From assembly GCA_963699545.1 (NCBI GenBank), contig CAVOUE010000003.1:544001-608000 (forward strand): 64,000 nucleotides of DNA, given 5' to 3'. The notes under the pieces are model-generated. The model saw nothing but the letters and a program-made list of their open reading frames with translations. It was not told where the DNA came from and did no database searches. The translations under genes and the position numbers were made by a program. Shown in pieces: positions 30,075 to 40,572 of this stretch (position 1 is the first letter of the stretch; every line of letters begins with the position of its first letter). This DNA comes from Nitrospirota bacterium. Lineage in GTDB: Bacteria > Nitrospirota > Thermodesulfovibrionia > Thermodesulfovibrionales > UBA9159.

Positions 30075-32784
30075 TATCGGCCATCGGTTCCTGGACCGCT
30101 GGCGCTGAAGTATCTATAACCGAAGACGAAGGCTGAGGCACAGGGGGGCATGCCAGATCAGTAGGAGACTGGGGCGTAAGATCCTCCACCGTCGTCATGC
30201 CCAGGCGCTCATACACTATCCGCGCCTCACTCTGCTGCTCCCTCAGCCTTTCGTCGAAATTCCTTGCATCCAGTACCGTCATCCATTCAGCTATACGTTC
30301 GGGCGATAGGTCCTTCTTTTGGATATTGTGCTCTTTCGCCAGCTCTTCAAAGGCATAGCGCAGCTCTATCACGGTATACTGTCGGAGCCGCCAAGCCAGT
30401 TTGGACTCGCATTTATGCCACTGCTTGTTTACCAATGCATATACGAACCTCACATCCCATGGATCGATCCGGATATCGACGGGGTTCTTATCCAGGCTGG
30501 CAGCCCTGAAGGCATTGCTCCAGTACCAGATATGATTGATCTTGACGCCGCGCTGGCCGTCAATAATGCGGGTCCCCTGGGCGTCAGGCGCCGGGCATGT
30601 CTCGATAAGGAACAGACGGTCGAAGCGGACAATGCGGTGCAGGCGCATCCCGGTATCAGTCATCCGTGTTACGAAGTGCTTCACAGGCTCCTCCCCATGC
30701 GCCGGATGATTCTCGGTGCCGTAGAGATTCTGGAAATAGTAGTCCAGCGCGCCATGCAGTGCCGGCAGCGTCCATTCCACAAAGTTCTTCGGGTTTACGG
30801 ATTTGGTGACGGTGCGGACGTGCTTCATGAGCTGGGTATTACCTTTCATATTATGGATTAGCTGAGATTGGGTCGTTCCGAAGAGACGCTCCATTACCGA
30901 GCCGTGACGCGGCTGGCCTGCCGGACGATACCTGATGCTGCACCCATAAAGCTTGCAAACACGCTTGAACTCACGCGACTTAAAGTCTTTTCCGTTGTCC
31001 AAAATGAGCATATCAGGCATACGTCCGTGCCTTCTCACGATATCGCGAAGGACCATCATGCAGGATTTGTAGCTCGGCGGCTCAAAGGACAAATAAAAGC
31101 CGACCACCCTGCGGGATTCGGCGTCGATTGCCAGGGAAAGCCAGGCATGCCACTTTGAGTTCTTTTGCCTGGGGGAGCGGAGCAGGATATCCAGCGGCGT
31201 ATGATCGATATGCACATACTGGAACGGACGGACACCATGTATGGCCTCGGTGAGCTTCAGATACCAGACGATGGGCTGGGTCTGGTAAAAGGCCCTTTTG
31301 CCCTTGCGCTGACGAATAGATATAAGTCTGTCGACTTCCTTATTGAAGGTCTTTTGCGAGCAGGGCTTCAGACCGAGTGACTGACAAACACCCAGGAACT
31401 CTTTGTACGCCGCACTTTTGTTGATGTTGGTGGGAGTGTTGACTTCCTTTTTAACGAAATCTTTTATCGCAGCGATCAGGGCCTGCGGAATCTTCCGGAG
31501 TCGGTTTCCACGGTCCATCAGCTTCGGAACGAGGGCCAGCATCTGATCAATGGCGCTTTCTCCTGCTTCCTTAGCGGCTTTCCGGAGGCGCTGCATGGTG
31601 CGTTTAGATTTTGTAACAAACTGTGGCGCTACGCCGGCATATTCAAGCTGCCGTGCTCTTTCGAGCGCCGCGTCCATATACTTGGGTGATATGGCGGCTA
31701 TTGGTTCATCATTCGAATCGTGATGCACAGAGGATCTGATAATGAGCTTGCCGGCCGCATACTGCTTTTCCAATACTTCCAGCGAAAGCTCAGTGGTGCC
31801 GTCATCTGTCGAGAGCATTACGGACTTCTGCCCCACAAGATCAATCCGATAGGTCCTGCCGTCATAATCGACTTCCGTCCCTACAGCAAACGATACGTCA
31901 AGACGATCTGGCTCATTGATATTGCTGGCAGATTCAATCCTTTGATAAAATGCAAGCGTGGTCTTATCGCGATAAACACGCGCCCTCTGCGTCTCGGCGA
32001 TATCATCATTCATAAGATCGAAAGCTATGTGTCCGTCCGCAATGGCCTTGTAAATATTGTCGGCCGTTGCCAAACCCGAGGCATCTGCAACCGGTTCTCC
32101 TTCTGTGTCAACCTCAGATTCGTCACGGTCTCTGTATTGCAGGAGGTCCGCGATGGTGAGCACCGCCTTTTCGGCAAGAACGCTTTTAAGAAGATCTACT
32201 TTCCTCTCCTCAACGGGCGGGCAGGACGGGTCCATGTAGGCGGAAAGGAATTCAAGGTTCTGCACATATTGGCGTGGATGCTCATCCGCAGAACGGATCC
32301 TGTAGGTTATGCCCATTTTGGCAAAATGCTCCTCTACGATAGGGAAACGCCAGCCGTCATCTTCCTTAATAAATCTGTCTGGATACTTCTTGGCAAGTTT
32401 TTCGAGCCGCTTTTCCTCCCGCCATTCCTCGATGAGTATCTGGTCCTCCCGGATGATGAGGAAATCCGGCCAATGTTGTACGCGCGAGGGTTGGGTTTTC
32501 CCCTCAGCCGTGGAAACCAGGTCCAGTTCACAGGGCTGGGCGTAGTATTCAAGGACAAAGGAGTCATGCTCGCACTGGACGGCAGTCGGGAACTCGACTT
32601 TGCGGCTTTCGGTGCCTATAGGCCTGCCCATTTTCCTGCTGAAGTACCAGGTAATCACGTTACCGGAATGCGACTGGATATCCCTTACCGGCGCTTCCTT
32701 CCTCGCCTTCTCCACTAAACGGCGGCCCGCCGTTGGAGTACCCAGTCGGTCAAACAAGGCATTTAATTCAATAGGACTCAGCAT
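30046..32784 (-). CDS. Fused TnsA-like endonuclease/TnsB DDE transposase
   Basis: N-terminal S.KM...ES..E...EYYAQP...PDFL..EEWR; C-terminal HIDHT / LDNG / MERLF; RBS AAGGAGG before ATG at 32784. Confidence 0.9.
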   Translation of the reverse strand: MLSPIELNALFDRLGTPTAGRRLVEKARKEAPVRDIQSHSGNVITWYFSRKMGRPIGTESRKVEFPTAVQCEHDSFVLEYYAQPCELDLVSTAEGKTQPSRVQHWPDFLIIREDQILIEEWREEKRLEKLAKKYPDRFIKEDDGWRFPIVEEHFAKMGITYRIRSADEHPRQYVQNLEFLSAYMDPSCPPVEERKVDLLKSVLAEKAVLTIADLLQYRDRDESEVDTEGEPVADASGLATADNIYKAIADGHIAFDLMNDDIAETQRARVYRDKTTLAFYQRIESASNINEPDRLDVSFAVGTEVDYDGRTYRIDLVGQKSVMLSTDDGTTELSLEVLEKQYAAGKLIIRSSVHHDSNDEPIAAISPKYMDAALERARQLEYAGVAPQFVTKSKRTMQRLRKAAKEAGESAIDQMLALVPKLMDRGNRLRKIPQALIAAIKDFVKKEVNTPTNINKSAAYKEFLGVCQSLGLKPCSQKTFNKEVDRLISIRQRKGKRAFYQTQPIVWYLKLTEAIHGVRPFQYVHIDHTPLDILLRSPRQKNSKWHAWLSLAIDAESRRVVGFYLSFEPPSYKSCMMVLRDIVRRHGRMPDMLILDNGKDFKSREFKRVCKLYGCSIRYRPAGQPRHGSVMERLFGTTQSQLIHNMKGNTQLMKHVRTVTKSVNPKNFVEWTLPALHGALDYYFQNLYGTENHPAHGEEPVKHFVTRMTDTGMRLHRIVRFDRLFLIETCPAPDAQGTRIIDGQRGVKINHIWYWSNAFRAASLDKNPVDIRIDPWDVRFVYALVNKQWHKCESKLAWRLRQYTVIELRYAFEELAKEHNIQKKDLSPERIAEWMTVLDARNFDERLREQQSEARIVYERLGMTTVEDLTPQSPTDLACPPVPQPSSSVIDTSAPAVQEPMADIEEEEYELF

Positions 32785-32821
32785 CGTTGACCTCCTTTTA
32801 AGGTTAGGCAACATGGCATCC

Positions 32822-32947
32822 AGTTAGATAAATCTAACTGAGCAAGTAAATAAAAAGCATTATTTGGCAGTATGTTCTTTCATGTTAGAAATATCTTACA
32901 ACATTTTGGCCTTGACAGTCAAGTAAAATGTTAGGTATAATTTACAT
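32822..32947. promoter_or_regulatory. Divergent promoters with three operator palindromes
   Basis: TGTTAG-N6-CTAACA-like sites at 32822-32839, 32883-32900 and 32929-32946; TTGACA-N18-TATAAT (+) and TTGACT-N18-TAAGAT (-). Confidence 0.75.
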
Positions 32948-33568
32948 ATGACGATCGGCGGCTATATGAAGGAAAAAAGAACATGGCTCAGACTGTCCCT
33001 GCGCGAGGCAGCGAAAGCGACAGGCATATCCCATGTTCACATTAAAGACATAGAAAACGATAAGATAAAGCCAAGTTTTGAAAAAATTATGCAGCTTCTT
33101 AAGGCCTATAATGCCGATATTCAGGGGTTCCTGAGTGAACTGGGCTTTCTGCCGCAAAACGTCGAGTCGGCCTCCATGGGGGAATCAAAGCCTGTGCCGC
33201 TTATTTCGTGGGTGGCCGCCGGACGGTTCGCGGACACCGATGCATTTCAGCAAGGTGAGGTTGCAGAATGGGTCGCCTCCGATGTGAAGGGACAAGATGT
33301 CTTTGCTTTGAGAGTAAGAGGCGATTCCATGGAGCCCGAGTTTACTGACGGCGATATTATCATACTGGACCCTCACGTAAAGCCTCATTCTGGGGATTAT
33401 GTGATAATAAGGAACGATGAAGGGGAAGCAACGCTTAAACAGCTTAAACAATATGGTAATATCCAGGTGTTGCATCCTCTGAACCCGAAGTACCCGGACA
33501 TAGAGTTATCGGGTGATCATCAGTATGTGATTGTTGGGAAGGTTGTGGAGAAGAAAAAGGGATATTAA
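32948..33568 (+). CDS. XRE HTH + S24 peptidase repressor (CI/LexA-like)
   Basis: N-terminal HTH; VAAG cleavage site, GDSM serine, TLKQ lysine. Confidence 0.9.
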   Translation: MTIGGYMKEKRTWLRLSLREAAKATGISHVHIKDIENDKIKPSFEKIMQLLKAYNADIQGFLSELGFLPQNVESASMGESKPVPLISWVAAGRFADTDAFQQGEVAEWVASDVKGQDVFALRVRGDSMEPEFTDGDIIILDPHVKPHSGDYVIIRNDEGEATLKQLKQYGNIQVLHPLNPKYPDIELSGDHQYVIVGKVVEKKKGY

Positions 33569-33688
33569 TTGTAACAGTGCTATTGATGAGTGAATGGGCA
33601 CTTCGCTTTTCTTTTGGGTAATGTCCATAGCATATCACCATAGACAGACAAGTTCGAAGAAGGGGCCACTTCCGTTAAAATAAACTCG

Positions 33689-34822
33689 ATGAATTTACCG
33701 CCAGAAAAGATATTCATTGCCAATTGCCATGTTAACAAGCTAGCCAAATTATCCAGAGATAATTTTCTTAAACGCGTAATCCACATAAAGGCTATCAGAG
33801 CTCAACCACTTAAAGCTTTCACTCTGCTTCCCAAGACTGAACAGGATTGGGTCGCGCTTGAACGTTTCTATGCTATTGTGAATAAGGGCGATTTTGGTCC
33901 AGACGCAAACCTTCCCTATGAAAGTCCTGCAAACACGATATTTGGAATCCATGTACCTTCCAATTTGTATCAGTGGTTTTCGAGGAACGACATTTCGACG
34001 ATCCTACGCCAAATAACGTTGTACTCAGCCACAGCATACCATCTTTACCATGGAGAGACCATACCCGAAATTGAGTCCCCCCTGATCAAAGAAGCGGTAC
34101 AGCAGGTGATGAATCGTTTCTATGCAAACAAGGATCTGTGGAATGTTCCCTTGGTCGAAGAAGCTTATCGCAATGCAGCACTTAATTACTGTAATTCGGC
34201 GATGCCGCTTTTCTTGTCGTCGGTTGCGGCCGATTTAAGCGAAGACGTCTACATCGATACGGCTTATTTCAGCAAGCACGACTGGAACTTTCACGTTCTT
34301 CGAAAAGTCACGAGGTCATATAAATGGCAGTATCTCGATGAGAGGCATGGCCCTAAGCCAAAACCAGAGGTTGATCAGAATTTGGTCGACGTCCCCCCGG
34401 AGCATTCTGAGAAGGTTTCCGAAAACGACTTAAGGGTGTCTGAAGCAAATGAAATTGCGTGGAGCATGTGGCTTATGACATTCCAACGCTATCCTGTCTC
34501 TAAGGCGCATATTTACAGCCTGTTCAGTAAGGAATCGGCAGCAGGCTACATCTATATTTTTCGCGCTGGAATGAGCTGCAGCTATAAGCTTGGGTGGACA
34601 GCAGATAGTGATATTGGCAAACGGCAATCTTCCCTTCAGACGGCCTCACGTGACCCTCTTATCATTGTCGATTTCTTTCCGGTATCTAACAGGAGGGCGG
34701 AAAAATCACTTCATGATATCTTTGCCAACAAAAGAACGTTAGGTGAATGGTTCGATCTAAGCGATGAGGATATATATCATCTGCGATCCGCTGACTGGAG
34801 ACGAGGGAATAACATATTTTGA
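33689..34822 (+). CDS. Protein with C-terminal GIY-YIG (T5orf172/MUG113-like) nuclease domain
   Basis: GYIYIF...YKLGWT...KR...LQT...EKSLH..F...R..GEWF. Confidence 0.75.
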   Translation: MNLPPEKIFIANCHVNKLAKLSRDNFLKRVIHIKAIRAQPLKAFTLLPKTEQDWVALERFYAIVNKGDFGPDANLPYESPANTIFGIHVPSNLYQWFSRNDISTILRQITLYSATAYHLYHGETIPEIESPLIKEAVQQVMNRFYANKDLWNVPLVEEAYRNAALNYCNSAMPLFLSSVAADLSEDVYIDTAYFSKHDWNFHVLRKVTRSYKWQYLDERHGPKPKPEVDQNLVDVPPEHSEKVSENDLRVSEANEIAWSMWLMTFQRYPVSKAHIYSLFSKESAAGYIYIFRAGMSCSYKLGWTADSDIGKRQSSLQTASRDPLIIVDFFPVSNRRAEKSLHDIFANKRTLGEWFDLSDEDIYHLRSADWRRGNNIF

Positions 34823-34857
34823 AGATGGCCTGTAAGGCTTCATTTCTCTGAGCGCCC

Positions 34858-37368
34858 CTATGTTTTTGCATATCGTGCGCGCTTTGTAAACTCGCAGTAA
34901 GGGAAATTTGAACATGCCAGGAAAGTTCCATACGGCCCATCCTTTTTTATCAGCTTTCCTCCTTTACAAAAGGGGCAGTCACCTCTTATCCCTTCTTTGT
35001 CCTGGATCTCTGTAATGAACTTGGATTTTTTTGACTCTTCGGTAAGTATAAAGACCTTGCGCTTTCCCCTAGTTAATGCCACATAGAATAGTCGTCTCTC
35101 CTCCGAGTTCTCATACAGATCAGGAGCTGTGAGCACTAGATTCAGTATGGGGTCATCCTCCATCTCGCTGGGGAATCCGTGCCTATCCTGAATTACGTTG
35201 TTTATTATCACATAATCAGCCTCCCTCCCTTTCGATTGATGGACGGATGTGAAATCGATGGTGATCTTGTTAAAACGCTGCACAAACTTGTCCAAAGTTT
35301 TTGGGGCCTTGAATTTGTATCTGTCTAAAATAAGAACGGATAACTTGCTCTTTTCCTTTCGTGCTTGTGTATTGATTCGTGACAAAACGTCGGCCAGTGG
35401 TTTATCATCGTCCTGCTCGCGCTTGTAAATGATCTCCAGTGAGGGCTCGCTCGCTATCAGATCTGTTTGTAGTTTCTTCGCCATTTGAAAAGGATTCTTC
35501 TGTATGAATTCACCTGAGATTTCGGAGATTTCCCTATTAAAACGAAACGTCTTCTCAATATAAGTTTTCTCGGTGTGGCCGAAATAATTCTCGAACGATG
35601 TCATGATATCCAAATCGCAGCCTGTGAATCTATAAATAGACTGCCAGTCATCTCCCACGCAAAATGTCTTAGTGCTGGGGGACTGATCAAGCAAGCTTTT
35701 GATCAGCGAGTACCTACCTTTGGAGATATCCTGGAATTCATCAATGAGGATGTAGTGAAAAGGAAACTCGTACCTGCCGCTTTTAATATAGGCCGTCGCC
35801 ATAGAAAGCATGTCGCTGAAATCAATACTGGACTCACTTTTCAAGTGCCCCTCATATTCCTCATAAATTGGTTCGAACACTTTCAGGAAGGCAATTGATC
35901 TTCCGGTTCTGTCTATCGTCGTAGCTTTCTCAATCACTTCCTGCATTGTGTATAGGTTCCCCTTAAAGAGGTTGAGGAATTTACAGATTAGGTGAATTAG
36001 TAGTGGGATATCTCTTGACTCCGTAAAATGCTTCAGGATTTCGTCGTCGTGTATTCTGTGGAGCATCATCCCTCTCTCCTGAAGCCTGAGGGCTAAATTC
36101 TTCAACAAAACACCTTCTCTTTTTTCATATGAGTATGTCTCTATGAGAGGAGTATTGTGCTCCATATGCATCCCTCGCGCCCACCCAATCTTTCCCTTAT
36201 AGAATTGGGATGCATTCATAGTACCTGTCTTCTGAAACCAGGGAGGAACGTTCCCATGTCTATCAATACCCCAATGTTCCAGGTAGATCTTGTGCTGTGG
36301 CAGGTAGAAATCCGGTCTATATTGCCTGTGATCCCGGTCCCTTGCCGGGAATTCGTACGGTCTCTCGTATTCGTAGTCGATGCCATTAAGAAAAAGGAAA
36401 TTCGCTATCTCAACTTCCTCGTAGCTTTTGAGTTTTTCGTTTTTCAGCGTAAAAATATTGTTTGACTTTATATACTGAATGTATTCATCGTGTGTCGAGA
36501 AAGCTTCCTGCGCTTTGTACGGGCGAAGATAATCGACAAGGTAGTCGACTAAGAGGGCTGAGTACTCTTCCCTTTTGACGAGCTTCTGATAAATGCTATT
36601 GATGAAAGATAAAGTATCTTGTTGCTCCCCAAATTTTACATCGGGCTTATCCCCCTTAACCGTTGCAATGACATCTCGACCAAAGCTGTGAAAAGTATGA
36701 ACCACAAATTGCGTGTCCGCGGGGGCGATGCCGGCAAGCCTCTCTTTTAGCCGATCGGCCATTTCTCTCATCACCTTTCTATTAAATGCAAGGATAAGGA
36801 TTTTATCTGGAGATATACCGTGTCTTGCAATAAGGTGGGCAACTTTCCCCACCATAGTTGTTGTTTTGCCCGTTCCCGCGCCCGCAATTACTAGACTGTT
36901 ATCCTCATCTTTGACTATAGCCAACCTTTGCGCTATATGAAGGGGATATCTTTCAACTGTATCAAAGAGCTGTGCGCATTCCTTCATCTCGCGGTCTGCA
37001 AACCACCCGTTGTATCTTTTGATGGTAGCGGTGCCATTGTCGCAGTACTTGAAATACCTAGAGAGCTTTGCCTTTACGTCGCTGCGGATTGGAAGTTTTT
37101 GAAAATCAAAGTCGATGACTGACTTGATATTCCCGTATTGCTGAAGCCAGTCCTCATACTTCTTCCAATTAAAGTATTCTTGACCCGAAAGATTCTTCTT
37201 GAACTCAAAAACGGCAGCCAACAGTTCGGGTTCGATAGAGGTGATGGCAGCCTTCCTTGCGCTCTCGATAGCGGCGATTACCGCCTTCCTCTTTCTTGTT
37301 ATCGTCTTACAGCGCCACCATATACCGAGAGCCGTAATTATAACGAGCGTTACTAAAAGATAGACCAT
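34858..37368 (-). CDS. UvrD/helicase IV-like SF1 helicase with N-terminal TM, nuclease-like insert and C-terminal Zn ribbon
   Basis: AGAGTGKT, DEFQD, VGDDWQSIY, HQSKGRE, EERRLFYVALTR; YRPDFYL...LEHWG insert; CPFC...FLACSNFPYC. Confidence 0.88.
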   Translation of the reverse strand: MVYLLVTLVIITALGIWWRCKTITRKRKAVIAAIESARKAAITSIEPELLAAVFEFKKNLSGQEYFNWKKYEDWLQQYGNIKSVIDFDFQKLPIRSDVKAKLSRYFKYCDNGTATIKRYNGWFADREMKECAQLFDTVERYPLHIAQRLAIVKDEDNSLVIAGAGTGKTTTMVGKVAHLIARHGISPDKILILAFNRKVMREMADRLKERLAGIAPADTQFVVHTFHSFGRDVIATVKGDKPDVKFGEQQDTLSFINSIYQKLVKREEYSALLVDYLVDYLRPYKAQEAFSTHDEYIQYIKSNNIFTLKNEKLKSYEEVEIANFLFLNGIDYEYERPYEFPARDRDHRQYRPDFYLPQHKIYLEHWGIDRHGNVPPWFQKTGTMNASQFYKGKIGWARGMHMEHNTPLIETYSYEKREGVLLKNLALRLQERGMMLHRIHDDEILKHFTESRDIPLLIHLICKFLNLFKGNLYTMQEVIEKATTIDRTGRSIAFLKVFEPIYEEYEGHLKSESSIDFSDMLSMATAYIKSGRYEFPFHYILIDEFQDISKGRYSLIKSLLDQSPSTKTFCVGDDWQSIYRFTGCDLDIMTSFENYFGHTEKTYIEKTFRFNREISEISGEFIQKNPFQMAKKLQTDLIASEPSLEIIYKREQDDDKPLADVLSRINTQARKEKSKLSVLILDRYKFKAPKTLDKFVQRFNKITIDFTSVHQSKGREADYVIINNVIQDRHGFPSEMEDDPILNLVLTAPDLYENSEERRLFYVALTRGKRKVFILTEESKKSKFITEIQDKEGIRGDCPFCKGGKLIKKDGPYGTFLACSNFPYCEFTKRARYAKT

Positions 37369-37486
37369 TCCGCACCTTCTGAAAAGTATACCTCTTTTTT
37401 ATCTAAGAAATACTGATCTTTAGATGTGTGGAGTGTTTGTAATAGATGGCCATTCCACTTCCCCAGCTGTCTTAAGCGTAGTAGAT

Positions 37487-37538
37487 AGGGGCACTATAAG
37501 TTAACCATTGGTGAGAAGAATAGTGCCCTTTTTGTTTT
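37487..37538 (+). terminator. Long hairpin with T-tract
   Basis: AGGGGCACTAT...ATAGTGCCCTT followed by TTTGTTTT. Confidence 0.45.
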
Positions 37539-38215
37539 ATGAAAGGAGAAAGAAAGTGTTTAAGCCACCATCTGCATTTAAGAAAGCCGGCGGTGAGAAC
37601 CGGTTGAATGCACTTTTGTCGTTAATGTCGCACAACAAGCGTCCCAATGGCGACTTTTGTACAATCAGTGTCCAAGAGAAGAAAACAAACACCTTAGGTT
37701 GGTGTGATAATGCCTTGAATGTCAGGCTACGGCTTGATTTATATGACGCGCAGCGCTGCTTTAAGTACTCCACTACTGTCTATAATGCTGTGTACTACTA
37801 CTATGGCGTCGCGACTTGTGGCAGGAGGAAAGATGTCGAGCTTCGCCTGGTATTGATTCAGGAGGACGGTAAAGTCCTTGACTCCGTGACGATTCATTCC
37901 TTAGAACGCCCTGCAGAGGAGGGGTACGGCGTTGAGGATCATAAGCATTATGAGTATCATGCCGAGGAGTTATATCGCGCCGAGGAGATTTGCTTTTCCC
38001 CTGAGAGCCCGATGTATTTCAGTTTATGGTTCGATATGAAATTATCGGGAGAGAATTCTGCCCATCAGGTCAAGGTGGATAGCGTTGGGGCATATCATGC
38101 TATCAAACAGGAGTATCGGAGGCATAAGGGTGGATGGGACAGGTTTACCATGATCATAGTAGATCACCTTCTGAACAATGACACACTGATAGACAAAATC
38201 AACGTGCGGTACTGA
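37508..38215 (+). CDS. Hypothetical protein (true start possibly near 37625)
   Basis: Long ORF with no recognised motif. Confidence 0.55.
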   Translation: MVRRIVPFLFYERRKKVFKPPSAFKKAGGENRLNALLSLMSHNKRPNGDFCTISVQEKKTNTLGWCDNALNVRLRLDLYDAQRCFKYSTTVYNAVYYYYGVATCGRRKDVELRLVLIQEDGKVLDSVTIHSLERPAEEGYGVEDHKHYEYHAEELYRAEEICFSPESPMYFSLWFDMKLSGENSAHQVKVDSVGAYHAIKQEYRRHKGGWDRFTMIIVDHLLNNDTLIDKINVRY

Positions 38216-38338
38216 GAAGTGGTTTCCCCGGCCTTTGATCGAGCCCCTTCAATCTTTATCCTTTCGGAATAAGTATCCCTGAGGAAGACACTTAGGTTTA
38301 TTTCCTCTTGACTTTTGTATGTAATTGTTTTTTAATTG

Positions 38339-38510
38339 TCTCAAGGGCTATGCGAAGGTCCGGACCGCCCGCAGGCGTTGAGAGCCACGGTGAAGCACAC
38401 AGCGATTCGCAACGATGTTTGTAGTTTCTCTGATCGACAGGGCACTTCCCTAAATATAGGGCTGCTCGATCGTCAATGCGGGCATTCGAGTATCAGGGCA
38501 GCAACTATAT
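38339..38510 (+). ncRNA. Candidate structured RNA or long 5' leader
   Basis: Follows TTGACT-N17-TTTAAT promoter (38308-38336); nested stems and loop-to-upstream complementarity. Confidence 0.4.
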
Positions 38511-38526
38511 TGAAGGAGGCATAGTG

Positions 38527-39862
38527 ATGTCGACAGAACAAGAGAATTTCCCCATTGATATTGCAAAAAGAAAAGCAAAGCATCTCCATTCCATCCTGAA
38601 AGTTCGTATCCCTGATATCTCTCTCGGCGAATGTCTTAACAGTTATGCAAGAATGGAAGGGGCGCGGGATTGGAATACGCTCAGTGCATCCTTCAAAGCA
38701 CAATCTCCCTATGAAGAAAGCCCTTATAAGAAGATAGGGACTTTTGTGGACGAGGTCTTGCGGCCTATGATGACGCAAATCGCCGGTGCACACGGGATGG
38801 AGTTTAGCGCCCCGGCGGCCTATTTTGTGGCACAGAAGGACGGGAGACGAAAACGTTGCAGACTCTCGACCGTCAAAGGAGCTCGAAGTGACCTTTTGGC
38901 CAAAAGGTCTGAGAAATAGCGATTTCAGTTTCAGCATCGAAGTGAGTCCTGCGGCTATTACTCAGGAAAGGGCAGAGATTACCTTTATGTTTCCGGAGCA
39001 GGCTTGCGGAGATGCAACGAGGATTCTCTCCAGTGAGAGGATGCCCTACGTTCTCACGCCAAGCCTTATGCGAACAACGGAAAAAGGGAGAACTATGTAT
39101 CGTCTTATCCTGGAGCTGGAGCCGTTCTTCTATTTCGCCGGCGAGGCTGGGGAAATGTGGCAAGCTGCTGAAAAGATTGAGCATGTCCGGCAGGAAGTTG
39201 AGGAAACCGTTGCCAAGTATGCAAAGCTCAACGCTGTTTTTCAGAGGCTGTCCAGAAAATGGGGCGATAAAAAACTCCTGTCCAGCTTTGAAACGACGTT
39301 ATGGGAGGTCTTCACCGGAAAGCCCCGCTTTATGTCCGCGTCGACCGAATTCCATCGTGCGTCTTTCGGAGATGTGACTCTTACAGCCCATGTGGGAGAC
39401 TCCGGGCCTTACCTCAAAGGTCCTGAAGGGAATCTCAAGCTCGGTGTGAGTTCAATAATCTACCTCGAAGGAGGCGATAAAAAGCCTGCCGGGTATTACG
39501 TCGCGAAGTATGGCAACGATTATGAGGCTGACATTTACCTGAAAGGCATCGCGAAGGAAGGTATTGCAGACATTACAGCCGAATTTGGAGTTCCCATGGA
39601 CTACAAACTAGCAGTGCAATTAGGGATACCCCTGGAAGAGGTCAAAGAGGAGTACGTCGCTTTTTACAGATCGCGTGCATTCCTTGGGCTGCAGGACTGG
39701 GTTTCCAGAAACCGGAGCTTTGCAAAGAGAATAAGCAGACAGGCTCCATATCTCCCTGATTGGTACGAAAGGGCTACCGGTCAGCGTCCGATTCCGGATT
39801 CGGATGAAGACTTGGACCAGGAAGGTGGAGCGATAAGGAACCGCCGCAGGTCAAGGAAATAG
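38527..39862 (+). CDS. Hypothetical protein with N-terminal 'glyoxalase superfamily' (Glyoxalase_8-like) helical domain; frameshift near 38843
   Basis: AKRKAKHL...LGECLNSYARMEGARDWNTLSA; RBS AAGGAGG; removing one G joins the two ORFs (QKDG-DENV). Confidence 0.6.
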
Positions 39863-39870
39863 GGCTGCAC

Positions 39871-39900
39871 GGGGAAAGGGGTTATTATTCCCCTTTCCCC
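39871..39900. terminator. GC-rich inverted repeat
   Basis: GGGGAAAGGGG-ttattatt-CCCCTTTCCCC. Confidence 0.5.
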
Positions 39901-39942
39901 GGAAATGCGAGATCGCATAACACTCTACAGGAGGATTTTGTC

Positions 39943-40572
39943 ATGGCAGCTTCCCAGGAGGAGAGAGTAGAAAGGGCAATGAAGAAGCTCGGTATCGAGG
40001 ATGATACTCCACTCGATGATATCTGCGATGTTGTCACGCGCATGTTCGCTTATGGTGGGGTCGCCTATATGTCGTCTGACTGGCGAGAGCATACACATCT
40101 TACCCGAAGACAAGCCGGACGTCTCTTTGAAGGTTACTTTAGAGGGTTCCAAGGTTTCAAGAACTTCGGGACTGGTCCAGGCGGGATTGAGAGATATGGA
40201 TGCAGTCGCTTTAAGGTTCACTATTACCATCCGGAACTAAGGGCTGCGTTCGACCTTGTATCCAAAACAGGGGTAGCGCCTTCGCGGCTGGCTGGTGCAA
40301 GAGCAAAAGTCCGTTTCTTCAAGGATCTGAAAATTACCTATATCCCCTTGCCCTATTCAAAGCTTTATGAAATGGTCGTGGAGCGGGTAAGAAAGATCAT
40401 CAAGAACAAGGAACTCAACAGCAATAAGGCGGTTCTGTCTTACTTCATTGGAGACGCCCCCATTGAGCCTATGGAAGAAATGGGCCAAATATTTGGAACG
40501 ATATTTGGAGATCTCTTTGACAATATTTTCGAAACGAAACCGACAGTGAGAAAAGAGGAGGCCACTATCTGA
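39943..40572 (+). CDS. Hypothetical protein
   Basis: 209-aa ORF with RBS AGGAGG. Confidence 0.65.
   Translation: MAASQEERVERAMKKLGIEDDTPLDDICDVVTRMFAYGGVAYMSSDWREHTHLTRRQAGRLFEGYFRGFQGFKNFGTGPGGIERYGCSRFKVHYYHPELRAAFDLVSKTGVAPSRLAGARAKVRFFKDLKITYIPLPYSKLYEMVVERVRKIIKNKELNSNKAVLSYFIGDAPIEPMEEMGQIFGTIFGDLFDNIFETKPTVRKEEATI

Noticed and set aside
31720-32718. Long plus-strand ORF of 332 aa, and similar shadow ORFs such as 29175-29996, 51632-52564 and 7093-7824
   Set aside because: Antisense to well-supported genes and lacking recognisable motifs
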